A DNA stretch of 29,591 nt from contig CBDUQR010000035.1 in the NCBI GenBank assembly GCA_965369655.1, forward strand, positions 1 through 29,591, given 5' to 3'. This document shows, one piece after another, positions 1 to 9,582 of the stretch; the first letter of the stretch is position 1; the number at the start of each line of letters is the position of its first letter. The stretch comes from an uncultured bacterium. GTDB lineage: Bacteria > Zixibacteria > MSB-5A5 > JAABVY01 > JAHJOQ01. The position numbers and the translations under genes were made by a program. The notes beneath the pieces are model-generated. The model had not been told where the DNA came from. It was given only the letters and a program-made list of their open reading frames with translations, and did not search any database.

Positions 1-2211
1 CAATACCCTTCGTGCCTTGTCGAATTCATGTCTGATCTCATAAGTAGAAATGAGAGTGTTCTTAGCGGATAGGTTCTCGGGAAACCGTTCAAGAATCTCG
101 TTCCCGATTTTCTCTGCCTCATCGAGCCGAGATAATCGATAATATATGGAGAGCAGGTCAAGCATGGGACCCGGAGGCTTTGGATTCGCTTCCTTGGCTC
201 GAATGGCATACTCCACAGCTTTGTCATAGTCCTTCAAACCTATATATATCTCCGAATACCAGCTCAGTGCTGGATAGTAATTCGGATCGATCATCATGAC
301 AGTGTCAAGTTGAGCGAGCGCGGCCTGAGGATCCCTCTTCAGCACATTGAGCATCAGAGCGTAATAACCGCGAGTCTCTTTGTCGTCCGGGTAGTTTGTC
401 AGATAGGAACGCGTTTTCGCAAATGCATCATCGAATTCGGACCTCAGCCAGATATCGCTGTAAATATCGAGAAGCGTTCTCTCTCTGACCGGCAGTTTGT
501 GCGCATACTCGCCTGCCTCCACGAAATAGCGTGTAGCCTCCTGGTTGCGCCCCTGAAATGTATGTGCCATGCCGATACGCATATACGGCAGAGCGAATGT
601 GTTGTCTATCTCAATCGCTTTCTCAAAATGCTCAATAGCCTTATCCATATCCAGCCCGAATTGATCCATACCGAGAATATAGTATTTGTAAGCTTCGGGT
701 GACGACGATGTAATATCGGCAACTTCCATGTTGTCCGCCATCATGTCACTGATATTCAAAGACATCGCTATTTTCTGCGTAAGGCTGTCGACCAATACGA
801 ACGGGTCTTTGCCGACAACTTTTTCACCCAGCAGAATTTTGCCCGTTTCAGAGTCCTCCATCCGGGCATCAATTCTGATCAGATCGCCGAGCTTGTAGAA
901 TGAACCTGACAGCACTCTCGATGCGCCTATTGACCTTGCAGCCTCGACGCACGCCTGATGATTCAGCATACCGCTGACTGGTTTGTCCTTATTTTCGAGA
1001 CAATCCATGACGCGGGTTCGACTGATCAGATTGATAGACCCGCTCTGGGCGAGGTCGGTCAGAAGAATTTCCGGCAGGCCTGCCATCAGCCAATCGAGAC
1101 TCTCGTCGCCGGTCTTGTTCTCGAATCCGAGAATTGCAAGAGCGTTCTCACTCGCCTGCAATCCCGAGGATGGGCTGTCTCCAGAATCGTTGAGAGCCAT
1201 ATAGGCAGCCAGAATCAAAGCCGCAACAGCTACTGCTCCAAAGAATAATCTATATCTGGGTATACGTGTCTTGTGCCCGAGCGCAGCCGCATCAGTAATG
1301 ATCGAACTCGAATCCGAAATCGAACTCTCGAACTGACGCCTGAGACTTCGCAAATCGACAACGAGGTCTCTCGTATCCTGATAGCGATCGCCAGGATCCT
1401 TCTGAAGACATTTGTCCACAATCCTCTCAAGTTCAGCCGGTACAGCTTCGTTCTTTCTCCGCAATGGCTCCTGTCTTGCCTCCAGAATCTTCGCGAGCGT
1501 GGAGACACGATCCTGTCCATCAAACGGGAACTCTCCCGAGAACATCTTGTACAGCATGATTCCAAACGAGAAGATGTCCGATCTGCCATCCACGGTTCCA
1601 CCGCGCGCCTGCTCAGGTGACATATAAGTCACCGTGCCGATTATTTTTCCTTCCTGAGTCAGCTCTTTCGAGACAGTCTGGGTGCTCGCCTGATCATCGG
1701 ATGAGACCGCCGAGACAACCGGCTTGGCCAGACCGAAATCGAGTATCTTGGGATCGCCATGCTCGTCGATCTTGATGTTGTCAGTCTTGATATCCCGGTG
1801 AACAATGCCGATCTTGTGCGCGGCTGCAAGACCGGATGCGATCTTCTCCGCGATTCGGAGAATATCCTTCAAGTTCGGTGCCCTGTCGCGGAGATAATCC
1901 GACAGCGAACTGCCCTTGATATACTCCATGACGATGTAGCTGATTTCTTTCCCTGAGCTCTTTTCGGCCGCACGGCCAATGTCGTAGATCGACATGACAT
2001 TGGAATGCGATATTCCTGCGGCAGTCTTTGCCTCCCGGCTGAAACGCTCCAGTCTTTCGCTGCTGTCGAAGTACTCCGACAGTAGAATCTTCAAGGCAAC
2101 TTGTCTGTTGAGTTTTAGGTCTTCGGCCAGGTACACCTCTCCCATGCCGCCTTCGCCCAACTTGCGAACAATCTTGAAATGTGAAAATTCCTGACCAGCC
2201 TGCAACATCAT
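1..2211 (-). CDS. Hanks-type Ser/Thr protein kinase with TM helix, TolB-like domain and TPR repeats (3'-partial, runs off window)
   Basis: Hand translation from ATG ATG at 2211/2208 gives MLQAGQEFSHFKIVRKLGEGGMGEVYLAEDLKLNRQVALK, then GIVHRDIKTDNIKIDEHGDPKILDFGLAK and GTVTYMSPEQARGGTVDGRSDIFSFG. A TM segment (LFFGAVAVAALILAAYMAL) follows, then a TolB-like segment (ALAILGFENKTGDESLDWL...GSFYKLGDLIRIDARM) and TPR-like EAYKYYILGM..KAIEHFEKAIEID. Checked segments share one frame. The start overlaps the stop of the upstream phosphatase (ATGA). Confidence 0.93.
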   Translation of the reverse strand, partial: MMLQAGQEFSHFKIVRKLGEGGMGEVYLAEDLKLNRQVALKILLSEYFDSSERLERFSREAKTAAGISHSNVMSIYDIGRAAEKSSGKEISYIVMEYIKGSSLSDYLRDRAPNLKDILRIAEKIASGLAAAHKIGIVHRDIKTDNIKIDEHGDPKILDFGLAKPVVSAVSSDDQASTQTVSKELTQEGKIIGTVTYMSPEQARGGTVDGRSDIFSFGIMLYKMFSGEFPFDGQDRVSTLAKILEARQEPLRRKNEAVPAELERIVDKCLQKDPGDRYQDTRDLVVDLRSLRRQFESSISDSSSIITDAAALGHKTRIPRYRLFFGAVAVAALILAAYMALNDSGDSPSSGLQASENALAILGFENKTGDESLDWLMAGLPEILLTDLAQSGSINLISRTRVMDCLENKDKPVSGMLNHQACVEAARSIGASRVLSGSFYKLGDLIRIDARMEDSETGKILLGEKVVGKDPFVLVDSLTQKIAMSLNISDMMADNMEVADITSSSPEAYKYYILGMDQFGLDMDKAIEHFEKAIEIDNTFALPYMRIGMAHTFQGRNQEATRYFVEAGEYAHKLPVRERTLLDIYSDIWLRSEFDDAFAKTRSYLTNYPDDKETRGYYALMLNVLKRDPQAALAQLDTVMMIDPNYYPALSWYSEIYIGLKDYDKAVEYAIRAKEANPKPPGPMLDLLSIYYRLSRLDEAEKIGNEILERFPENLSAKNTLISTYEIRHEFDKARRVL

Positions 2212-3899
2212 GAACTCACTTTCTTGAGAACCAGCATAGTAATATCATCCGACTGCGGAGCATCGCCGACAAAATCGCTTATATCCTTCATAATACAATC
2301 TACTATCTCACCTGGATTGAGGCGTCTCGATTCTTTCAATAAGCGCTCGAGTCTTTCCTCGCCATACTGATCAACTGCACCTTCGTCGTCGTCGTTCGAT
2401 TCAAACTGCTGCGCCTCAGTTACGCCGTCAGTGAAGATATATAGCAGGTCCTCATCTGCAAGGTCAAGTTTTCCTTCGGTCCAGTCTCCGAAATCGAAGG
2501 CTCCGATCATGAATCCGGTTGCATCGAGATGCTCGATGCGTCCGTCAGATCTCACGACAACTGGAGGATTGTGCCCTGCGTTTACATAAGTGATCCGCCC
2601 GCTGTTGCTATCGGCAATCCCAATGAACAGTGTCGCAAAATCACCCATCTGGCTGTACTTGTTCATTTGAAGCGAGACACGAGAAACAGCCCTGCAGAGA
2701 TCGAAATCCTCAAATTCGTAGAGAATCCTGAATGACGCCAGAATGTTCGACATCAATAACGCCGCACCCATTCCCTTGCCGCTCACGTCGGCAACACAGA
2801 AAAGCAGCCTTCCATCCGGCAGGGTGCAGAGGTCGTACAGATCACCACCGACGGATCGGGACTGCTCCTGAAACGCCATGATCTCGTAGCCCGGATGCTC
2901 CGGCGGGTCGGTCACGAGCAGGCCCTTCTGGATGGATGAAGCTCGCCTCAACTCCGCTTCGATCACCTGTTTCTCCTGCCTCTCGTTCATGAGTTCATAG
3001 TTGAGCAATCTCGAAGCTATCAGGTTGCCGAAGGTCGCAAGTACCCTGAGATGTTCATCGTCGTAGCGATGCGCGGGGCTGGTCGTATCGGCATACAGGA
3101 TTCCGAGTACACGCCCCTCATCGAACAACGGCACAGCGACTGCCGATTTAAGTTCGGACATGATGATCGACTTCTGCTCGGCAAATCTCGGATCGGTGAG
3201 CGGATCACAGATCAGAATAGCGTTCTTGTTCGTAATGATCTCGTTGACGATCGTGCGGGACAACGTAAATGCGCCCGGGTCCTTGCCGTGCGGCAGAAGC
3301 GCAGCATCGGTATAGATTTCGCTCTGATCCTCTGCAACGGAAAGCACAGCCAGCCTCTCTGCCGGTATGACCCTGGCGATCAGGCCAAGAGATCGCTCAA
3401 GCATAATCTCTTTTGGCTCCGGCAGAGAGAGCAGCTTGGCCATCTCAAACAGCGTCGACACAAGCTCAGGCCTCTCGGTAGCCTTCGTCGGGAGAGGTTG
3501 CAGCGCCTCGTTGATAGAGAGAAAAACTGAATTACCAAGATCTTTGTCGGCCAATCGGGTTGTTGTCGGAACAGGCGAAGCATCGCTGCTCTTCTTATCC
3601 TGATGAGTAAGCTTGAACTCGGCCTGGCCGAACATGATCTTGTCGCCCTCTTTCACGGAAACTGAACCAGTGATCATCTCTCCATTTACGAGCGTCCCGT
3701 TTTTGCTGCCGTTGTCCGCAATGTGAATGCCGCCTGCGTCTACCACGATCTCAGCGTGATTCTTCGACACGGTCTTGTCCTGAATGGCAAAATCGCATGC
3801 TGATTTGCCGGAAGTAATCTTGCGACCTACGATGTATTTCCCCGGCTTCAACTCCCAGGAGTAAAAGCGCTTCCCATCTGTTCCGACAAGCTTTAACAT
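2208..3899 (-). CDS. FHA-GAF-SpoIIE (PP2C-type) protein phosphatase
   Basis: FHA motifs GR...SKNH...GSKNGT; GAF segment SAVAVPL...GILYAD; PP2C motifs GGDLYD, ADVSGKG, NAGH, FTDG, SDDIT. Confidence 0.93.
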   Translation of the reverse strand: MLKLVGTDGKRFYSWELKPGKYIVGRKITSGKSACDFAIQDKTVSKNHAEIVVDAGGIHIADNGSKNGTLVNGEMITGSVSVKEGDKIMFGQAEFKLTHQDKKSSDASPVPTTTRLADKDLGNSVFLSINEALQPLPTKATERPELVSTLFEMAKLLSLPEPKEIMLERSLGLIARVIPAERLAVLSVAEDQSEIYTDAALLPHGKDPGAFTLSRTIVNEIITNKNAILICDPLTDPRFAEQKSIIMSELKSAVAVPLFDEGRVLGILYADTTSPAHRYDDEHLRVLATFGNLIASRLLNYELMNERQEKQVIEAELRRASSIQKGLLVTDPPEHPGYEIMAFQEQSRSVGGDLYDLCTLPDGRLLFCVADVSGKGMGAALLMSNILASFRILYEFEDFDLCRAVSRVSLQMNKYSQMGDFATLFIGIADSNSGRITYVNAGHNPPVVVRSDGRIEHLDATGFMIGAFDFGDWTEGKLDLADEDLLYIFTDGVTEAQQFESNDDDEGAVDQYGEERLERLLKESRRLNPGEIVDCIMKDISDFVGDAPQSDDITMLVLKKVSS

Positions 3900-4053
3900 A
3901 TGCTTAATAGGCCCATTTTTACCGCACCTAATAGAAGCGAATCGGCAGATGTTTCATCTATGCCACTGCAGATTCGACAGCTCCTGATACTCCGGCTGCG
4001 ATCCATTTATAACACAGATCGCACTCGCAGTCAACATGATAACTATCAGCGAA

Positions 4054-4190
4054 GTAGCGCAGGAGTGCCCCACTCCTGCGGAGTCAGTAGGGCATCGCCC
4101 ACTTGGGGCGTGACACATGAGGTATCAAGCTCCAAGTGAGCTTGACCTACAGGACATAAGATCGACAGGTGTCGGGGACACCTTCCCTAC
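4054..4190. repeat. Cluster of four GTAG-led REP-like palindromes in nested inverted arrangement (REPIN/BIME-like)
   Basis: Plus strand: 4054 GTAG-CGCAGGAGTG-CCC-CACTCCTGCG and 4087 GTAG-GGCATCGCCC-ACTTG-GGGCGTGA. Minus strand: from 4150 GTAG-GTCAAGCTC-ACTTG-GAGCTTGA and from 4190 GTAG-GGAAGGTGTC-CCC-GACACCT. Confidence 0.75.
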
Positions 4191-4219
4191 AATACTGCGA
4201 ATTGCACTGAATTGAGCTC

Positions 4220-4256
4220 AAAAAGAGAGAGCCCGCGAAAATTCGCAGGCTCTCTT
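4220..4256 (-). terminator. Rho-independent terminator of the 1122-aa dockerin protein gene
   Basis: Minus strand AGAGAGCCUGCGAA-UU-UUCGCGGGCUCUCU then CUUUUU, about 20 nt after the stop at 4279. Confidence 0.8.
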
Positions 4257-4278
4257 CTCGTTTATGAGTTCACGAGTA

Positions 4279-7200
4279 TTAGTCGTGGCATGGGAATGGT
4301 CCACCTGCGAAGATGAACGAGATCAGGTAAACCACGTCGTCAATATCAGCGTTGTCTGAGCAGTCACAGTCAGCAATCAGTACCGGACCAGGAAGCATTT
4401 CACCACCGAAAATGAACTCAATCGTCTTGACTACATCGTCGATGTCGATGTTGCCTGATGCGTCAACATCACCATGAAGAACAACAACATCCGGCGGGAG
4501 AATCCATGCCTTAGGATTGGCCGGATTCTTGCCGATCACGGTGATGGCTCCACCACCTGTGAACGTTGTAGCATCATCGAAGTCACCAGCCACCGAGAAG
4601 GTCCTGGGAACCGAACCAATCGGAGCGCCATAACCTACAAGTACGGGAGCAATCGGGACTTCAAGATTGACAACTCCGCCACCCTGTCCGAGGATATCGG
4701 CTGGGACGCCATTGACCTCAGCATAGGTAACTGTACCGGTTGTCGTCACGTCAACATACGCCATAATCGGAGTGAAAGCGAACATGTAATACATATACGC
4801 AGGATCAGGTGCGAACGTTGCCGCGAGACCGTCCAGAACAGTCAGCGTGACTTCAATACTGCCATTGCCACCATTCGAAGTAATCTCGATAGAAGCTGTA
4901 TAGACGCCAGGTGCAAGACCGGCTGCATTCCAGCTAACATTCAGATCCTCAGTAGCTTTGCTACCAGGAATCGTACCACCAAGCGGCATAACCGTCAGCC
5001 AGCTCGTCGTCGGATCATACTCTTCGATATCGAAATTACCGGAGACATCATGAGGCGGGTCGCCATAGTCATCACCAGAGATTGTGAAATCACAAGTGAT
5101 CGGACCGCTGAAGCTGCCGTCGAACGTCAGATTCATCGTGGTATAAGCTATCTCAGTCGAGTAGATGTTGCCATAACCACCGTTATGGTCAAACCATGTC
5201 ACCATCACGCCGTCACCGATTGTATTATCTGTTTCCAGATAGTGAGATGGGTCCGTAGCCACGATAAAGTCAGTTGACGTAATAACCGTGATGCCTGTCG
5301 GGAATGTGATCGTAGCTTCATCAAGCCACTCGGCATCCGAACTGGCGTTCCCCAACTCAAACTCGATATCCATCGTCGAGCCGGCAATATAATCGTCGAG
5401 TGCTATTATGTATGCACCGTCGATTTCCTTGCTCTTGGCATAGCTGACTAAAACGGTGTAAACCAGATCAGCGCCACCAGTGTTCTCAAGAGTCAGGATG
5501 TCGTCACCGAAGTCACCGGTGAAGTTCGCCGTGAAGTCGAACTGCGAAGGCGTGTAAGCCAGCACTGGCGGATCCGCACCCGCAACGATCGTCAGATCGA
5601 AGTCCGGGAGGCAGCTCGGGCTCGGCCACGTATCGACCATGATGTAGTAGACACCAGCAGCGAGAGTAACGTCCTCGAGAACTCTCGGATCACCGCTCGA
5701 ACCGGTCTGATAGTCGATGCAGTCAGCATCCGGCGGGCAGTTGTCGTCTATGCAGACGCCTGACCAGGTGGAACCCTTCGGATCCATCGTGATCGTCACG
5801 ACCGAATTCGCGGTCACATCTATCTGGTAGATGATGTCCTCACCACCGTCATAGGAACCGAGGCAGGTGGAACTATAGTCATTACCTCTGCCACAGTTGG
5901 TCTGACCAAGATCCGCGTACGGCAGATCAGTCGGCACCTTGACTACAATGGGATCAGTGCAGTCATCACCCGGAGTCGGACCGGCAGCAGCTGTGATCTC
6001 AAGATCAAAGTCAGGAATGCAGTCCGGGGACGGCCAGGTGTCGACCATGATGTAGTAAGTGCCTGGATCGAGATGCAGGTCAAACATGGTGTAAGCACCG
6101 CTGCCGCTGTTAGTTGCCTCCGCATAACAAGTAGTCGGATCGAGGGGGCAACTGTAATCAACGGCAAAACCAGTATAGGTCGTACCCTTAGGATCGAGCT
6201 TGATATCGACATCAACAGCGGAAGTCACAGTGACCTCATAGATGATGTCTTCACCACCGTCATAGTAGCCGAGGCAGGTGCCGCTATAGAAGTCGGATCT
6301 GCCGCAGGTGTAGTTGGTGTTCAAGTAGTCGAGATCAGCAGGCAGAGTGATCTGAAGCGGATCGTCGCAGTTGTCACCCGGCCCAGGCGGCGGGCACTCC
6401 AGAATGTCGAGCATGAACGCGAATTCAGCCTCGATTCCGTTGCATTCCGCGTCACCCATAAATACCGGGTAGTAATAGGTCGCAGGACCCGGCAGCCCGT
6501 CGAAGTGAGTAATCGGCTGGCTGGACGGAGCCGGTGGGCAGTCGACCCACTCGTTCGAGCTATAGAGAATGTAGTTCGGACAGTCATCGCACTGCGCATA
6601 CACAACCACACCCAAACACTCAACATTATGGACGGTTGGCACATCGCAGTAGTCCATAGTCACGTTGTTGCATACGTACGGCGCATCGAATTTGTACCAC
6701 ACAGCATTCCAGTCCAGAACACCCGGGCAGTCGATGGTAGCACCAAAAGTGTTGCCTTCGACCAGTGTCGGATACGGACCGGGAACATCGTAGGCGCCGA
6801 TGCAATCGTCGTTGCCCTCAGGGATCGGGCAAGGATCGTCCGTGCAATTCAAGTTCGCATCCCAGTCACCACCGAGCGCATCGCACTCAAGCTCAGTGAT
6901 GTCGTCGCAATTCGGAGCATACGGATCGCCATAGCAGCAACGACCAATTGGAAGCTCTTCGTCATCGATCTGGATAGCGTCAATATTCCACTGAGCGCCA
7001 TCGTAACCGACGTATACGAATGCAATCTTGCAGTCGCTGAAGCCTTCAGCCATGCTCAATGAAACGACAGCCTCATACCATGTCCAGTTAGTCCATGTCT
7101 CAGTAGGCTCAGTCCAGATATCTGTCCAGTCAGTGCCGCCATTCGTGGAGACCTTAACGATCAGATCGCAGTTATCGTAAGGATCGACTCCCCAGTAGTA

Positions 7201-7647
7201 GCTTCCATTCCACCAGAATGTAAGCTTGAGGTTTGCTTTGCCTGAGAAATCCATGCTCGGGCTGATCAGCCACTCATCCTGTGGGCCTGTGTAAGTTTCA
7301 TCATACAGGCACGTGGCATTGTATACACCCTCATAGGGGCTGTACGTGGCGATCTCCCAGGTATAGGCATTGTTGACAACGGCAGTCCAGTTCGGAGGCG
7401 GGACTGTGCCGTCTTCAAAACCTTCCCAAAGATACACATCCTCAGGGCTGTAGGCTGGGTAACCTGCTGCCTGCTTAGGATTGATTTTCAGATCGATGTC
7501 GTAGTTGATCGCTTTGCTGACAGTCTGGGTCAGCTTGAACTCGATATCCTCGGGATGAGGAATAATCTCTCCGAGGGCAAGCGCAAACAGGGCCACCAGA
7601 AAGGCTAGGGCAATCACGGCTTGTAAAGCCTTTTTCGTTGTTGACAT
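4279..7647 (-). CDS. Large secreted acidic, Cys-rich adhesin-like protein: cleaved-adhesin/jelly-roll domain, Cys-rich GxCC motif, PPC-like repeats, Ig/BACON-like domain, C-terminal dockerin
   Basis: Signal peptide; EGFED..PPNWT..DEWLISP..WNIDAIQI; GRCCYGDP..ECDALGGDW..C; two repeats GD.C.DP..GGEDIIY..G.YYIMVDTWPSP; SWLTV..GVYTASIEITSNG; dockerin GDVDASGNIDIDDVV / DCDCSDNADIDDVVYLISFIFAGGP. SD GGAGG upstream. Confidence 0.85.
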   Translation of the reverse strand: MSTTKKALQAVIALAFLVALFALALGEIIPHPEDIEFKLTQTVSKAINYDIDLKINPKQAAGYPAYSPEDVYLWEGFEDGTVPPPNWTAVVNNAYTWEIATYSPYEGVYNATCLYDETYTGPQDEWLISPSMDFSGKANLKLTFWWNGSYYWGVDPYDNCDLIVKVSTNGGTDWTDIWTEPTETWTNWTWYEAVVSLSMAEGFSDCKIAFVYVGYDGAQWNIDAIQIDDEELPIGRCCYGDPYAPNCDDITELECDALGGDWDANLNCTDDPCPIPEGNDDCIGAYDVPGPYPTLVEGNTFGATIDCPGVLDWNAVWYKFDAPYVCNNVTMDYCDVPTVHNVECLGVVVYAQCDDCPNYILYSSNEWVDCPPAPSSQPITHFDGLPGPATYYYPVFMGDAECNGIEAEFAFMLDILECPPPGPGDNCDDPLQITLPADLDYLNTNYTCGRSDFYSGTCLGYYDGGEDIIYEVTVTSAVDVDIKLDPKGTTYTGFAVDYSCPLDPTTCYAEATNSGSGAYTMFDLHLDPGTYYIMVDTWPSPDCIPDFDLEITAAAGPTPGDDCTDPIVVKVPTDLPYADLGQTNCGRGNDYSSTCLGSYDGGEDIIYQIDVTANSVVTITMDPKGSTWSGVCIDDNCPPDADCIDYQTGSSGDPRVLEDVTLAAGVYYIMVDTWPSPSCLPDFDLTIVAGADPPVLAYTPSQFDFTANFTGDFGDDILTLENTGGADLVYTVLVSYAKSKEIDGAYIIALDDYIAGSTMDIEFELGNASSDAEWLDEATITFPTGITVITSTDFIVATDPSHYLETDNTIGDGVMVTWFDHNGGYGNIYSTEIAYTTMNLTFDGSFSGPITCDFTISGDDYGDPPHDVSGNFDIEEYDPTTSWLTVMPLGGTIPGSKATEDLNVSWNAAGLAPGVYTASIEITSNGGNGSIEVTLTVLDGLAATFAPDPAYMYYMFAFTPIMAYVDVTTTGTVTYAEVNGVPADILGQGGGVVNLEVPIAPVLVGYGAPIGSVPRTFSVAGDFDDATTFTGGGAITVIGKNPANPKAWILPPDVVVLHGDVDASGNIDIDDVVKTIEFIFGGEMLPGPVLIADCDCSDNADIDDVVYLISFIFAGGPFPCHD

Positions 7648-7948
7648 TTACTCTCCCTCCAATGCAAAGATTAGGGGTTACTCAACAGTGTCTTGATTCG
7701 GCAACAATATCCCCCACAGATATTGGCCTTTAAGAGCAAATCTTCGACAGTCTCCCTCCCTCCTGACATTTTTTGTCCGTCCATGTATGTTTGCTTCAGG
7801 TTACCATTCTGTATGATTTGAATAGACAGTGCTGACACCATCAGATAATATTCAAGCTGAATGATACCTACAACAGATCAGACTGTTACGTAGAAAATTT
7901 TTTGTACTTTGACAGTACAATAGGTTGGCGTACCTATGTTCCGACTCT

Positions 7949-7977
7949 ATTATATGTGTTATCCACCGATGTGTCAA
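7949..7977 (-). promoter_or_regulatory. Consensus sigma70 promoter for the 4279..7647 gene
   Basis: Minus strand TTGACA (7977-7972), 17-bp spacer, TATAAT (7954-7949): a perfect consensus. Confidence 0.75.
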
Positions 7978-8097
7978 GCTGTTTGTCAGTAATAATTCAC
8001 TTTTAATTAGTAAGTGGATCGTATTGATCTTGGTTTATGCGCAGATGTTTGTATGGAACCATCAAACAAATCCAGATGTTAACCGTTAACTACAGAC

Positions 8098-8125
8098 TTG
8101 ACAAGATCGGTCTAAGTGTTATATA
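8098..8125 (+). promoter_or_regulatory. Putative sigma70 promoter for the aminotransferase
   Basis: TTGACA-N16-TATATA about 50 bp upstream of the ATG; SD AAAGGAG precedes the start. Confidence 0.5.
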
Positions 8126-8177
8126 GGTCGGAGCCTTAATTGGGCGTCGGTATACTCGTCTGAAAGGAGACAACATC

Positions 8178-9479
8178 ATGGAAAATACAGCAGGTCTGAA
8201 CAACAAAACTCGGCATGTCGCCGGATCGATCGGGTTCTCGAATATGTCTGACGCAAATGTGCTCTCAGCGGAAGAGACATTCGGAGCAAACCACTACAGG
8301 AGACTCCAGACTGTAATTCGCAGGACCGAGGGCGCATGGCTCTATAAGGCCGACGGTCAGAAAATTCTGGACTGCCTTGCAGCATATTCGGCCGCAAGTC
8401 CGGGACACCATCACCCGAAGATTGTGGCCGCTGTGGTCAATGCTCTCCAGAATGGATTCGGGTCGGTGATATCGAATGTAGTCTACACCGATATTCTCGC
8501 CGAATTCCTGAAAAAGACCGCGACGCTGTTTCCACAACTCGCACCGAGATTCGGCGACTGCGGGAACAAAGTCTTGCCGAAAAATGGAGGAGTCGAGTCA
8601 GTCGAGACCGCAATCAAGCTCGCTCGCTATTTTGGATACAAACACAAAGGCATCCCGGATGGCAAGCAGGAGATCATCGTTTTTGGAAACAATTTCCACG
8701 GCAGGATGATCACGGTCGTGTCATTTTCGACGTCCGACAAATACAAAATCGGATTTGGACCGCTGACTCCCGGATTCCCGGTAGCCAATTTCGGGGATCT
8801 CGGACAGGTCGAGTCGCTGATCAATAAGAACACCTGCGGCATTCTCGTGGAGCCGATGCAGGGTGAAGGCGGCATGTACCCGGCTCCTCCCGGATTCCTC
8901 AAGAGTCTCCGCGAACTCGCAGATAAGAACGACCTCCTGCTCATGTTCGACGAAATCCAGGTCGGACTCGGCAGGACCGGCAAGATGTTCTGCTTCGAGC
9001 ATGAGAACGTGATTCCGGATGCTGTGATTCTCGGTAAGGCGATTTCAGGTGGACTGGTTCCGCTGTCTGTTCTCGTGACAAGCCGTGAATTGATGGACAT
9101 GGTCTTCACACTCGGCTCCGACGGCTCGACATACGGCGGCTATCCGCTCGCATGCGCTGCCGGTGTTGCGGCTCTCGATGTCATCGTTGGGGAAAAACTC
9201 CCGCAACGATCAGCTAAGACCGGCAGGGTGCTCAAAGAGAAGATACTGGACATAGCATCCCGGTCGAAGCATGTCAAAGAGGTTCGCGGAACTGGCCTGT
9301 TTATCGGGATCGAGGTCAATAATGGAGACGCAATGATGTTCTGCCGGAAGCTCCTCGATATGAACATGCTGGCAAACGACAGCCACGGCCACACGATCAG
9401 AATCAGCCCGCCGCTGATTATCGATGACAGCGAAATCGAATACATCTGCGAGAGACTCGAAAAGGTTCTTGTCAACTGA
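8178..9479 (+). CDS. rocD: Class III PLP aminotransferase, most like ornithine--oxo-acid aminotransferase (RocD/ArgD family)
   Basis: GANHY, DCLAAYSA..GHHHP, KVLPKNGGVESVETAIKLAR, NNFHGR, EPMQGEGG, FDEIQVGLGRTG, LGKAISGG (PLP Lys), GSTYGGYPLAC. LAAYSA and VLPxNxG favour ornithine aminotransferase over ArgD. Confidence 0.8.
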   Translation: MENTAGLNNKTRHVAGSIGFSNMSDANVLSAEETFGANHYRRLQTVIRRTEGAWLYKADGQKILDCLAAYSAASPGHHHPKIVAAVVNALQNGFGSVISNVVYTDILAEFLKKTATLFPQLAPRFGDCGNKVLPKNGGVESVETAIKLARYFGYKHKGIPDGKQEIIVFGNNFHGRMITVVSFSTSDKYKIGFGPLTPGFPVANFGDLGQVESLINKNTCGILVEPMQGEGGMYPAPPGFLKSLRELADKNDLLLMFDEIQVGLGRTGKMFCFEHENVIPDAVILGKAISGGLVPLSVLVTSRELMDMVFTLGSDGSTYGGYPLACAAGVAALDVIVGEKLPQRSAKTGRVLKEKILDIASRSKHVKEVRGTGLFIGIEVNNGDAMMFCRKLLDMNMLANDSHGHTIRISPPLIIDDSEIEYICERLEKVLVN

Positions 9480-9502
9480 TATCGATCATGTATATGATTC
9501 TG

Positions 9503-9532
9503 AAAGCCCGTTCCGATTGGGGCGGGCTTTTT
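9503..9532 (+). terminator. Rho-independent terminator after the aminotransferase (possibly bidirectional)
   Basis: AAAGCCCGTTCC-GATT-GGGGCGGGCTTT-TT. Confidence 0.8.
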
Positions 9533-9569
9533 CATGTCGGAACCAAAGGATTTCTTCTCGGAATACCGT

Positions 9570-9582
9570 GGGGGGGGGGGGG
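9570..9582. repeat. G13 homopolymer
   Basis: 13 consecutive G in the convergent intergenic region. Confidence 0.8.

Noticed and set aside
310-2194. Short ORFs on the track over the left end
   Set aside because: Antisense or off-frame shadows of the kinase gene.
4054-4190. CRISPR array
   Set aside because: Units are inverted and non-identical, with no regular spacers or cas genes.
4474-7062. Long + strand ORFs (267 and 329 aa)
   Set aside because: Antisense shadows of the 1122-aa gene with no motifs.
7959-7967. DnaA-box-like TTATCCACC in AT-rich intergenic DNA (oriC?)
   Set aside because: Single mismatched box, no cluster and no dnaA-region genes.
9570-9582. G13 as a phase-variation switch
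   Set aside because: It lies between convergent gene ends, not in a promoter or CDS, and may be a sequencing artefact.
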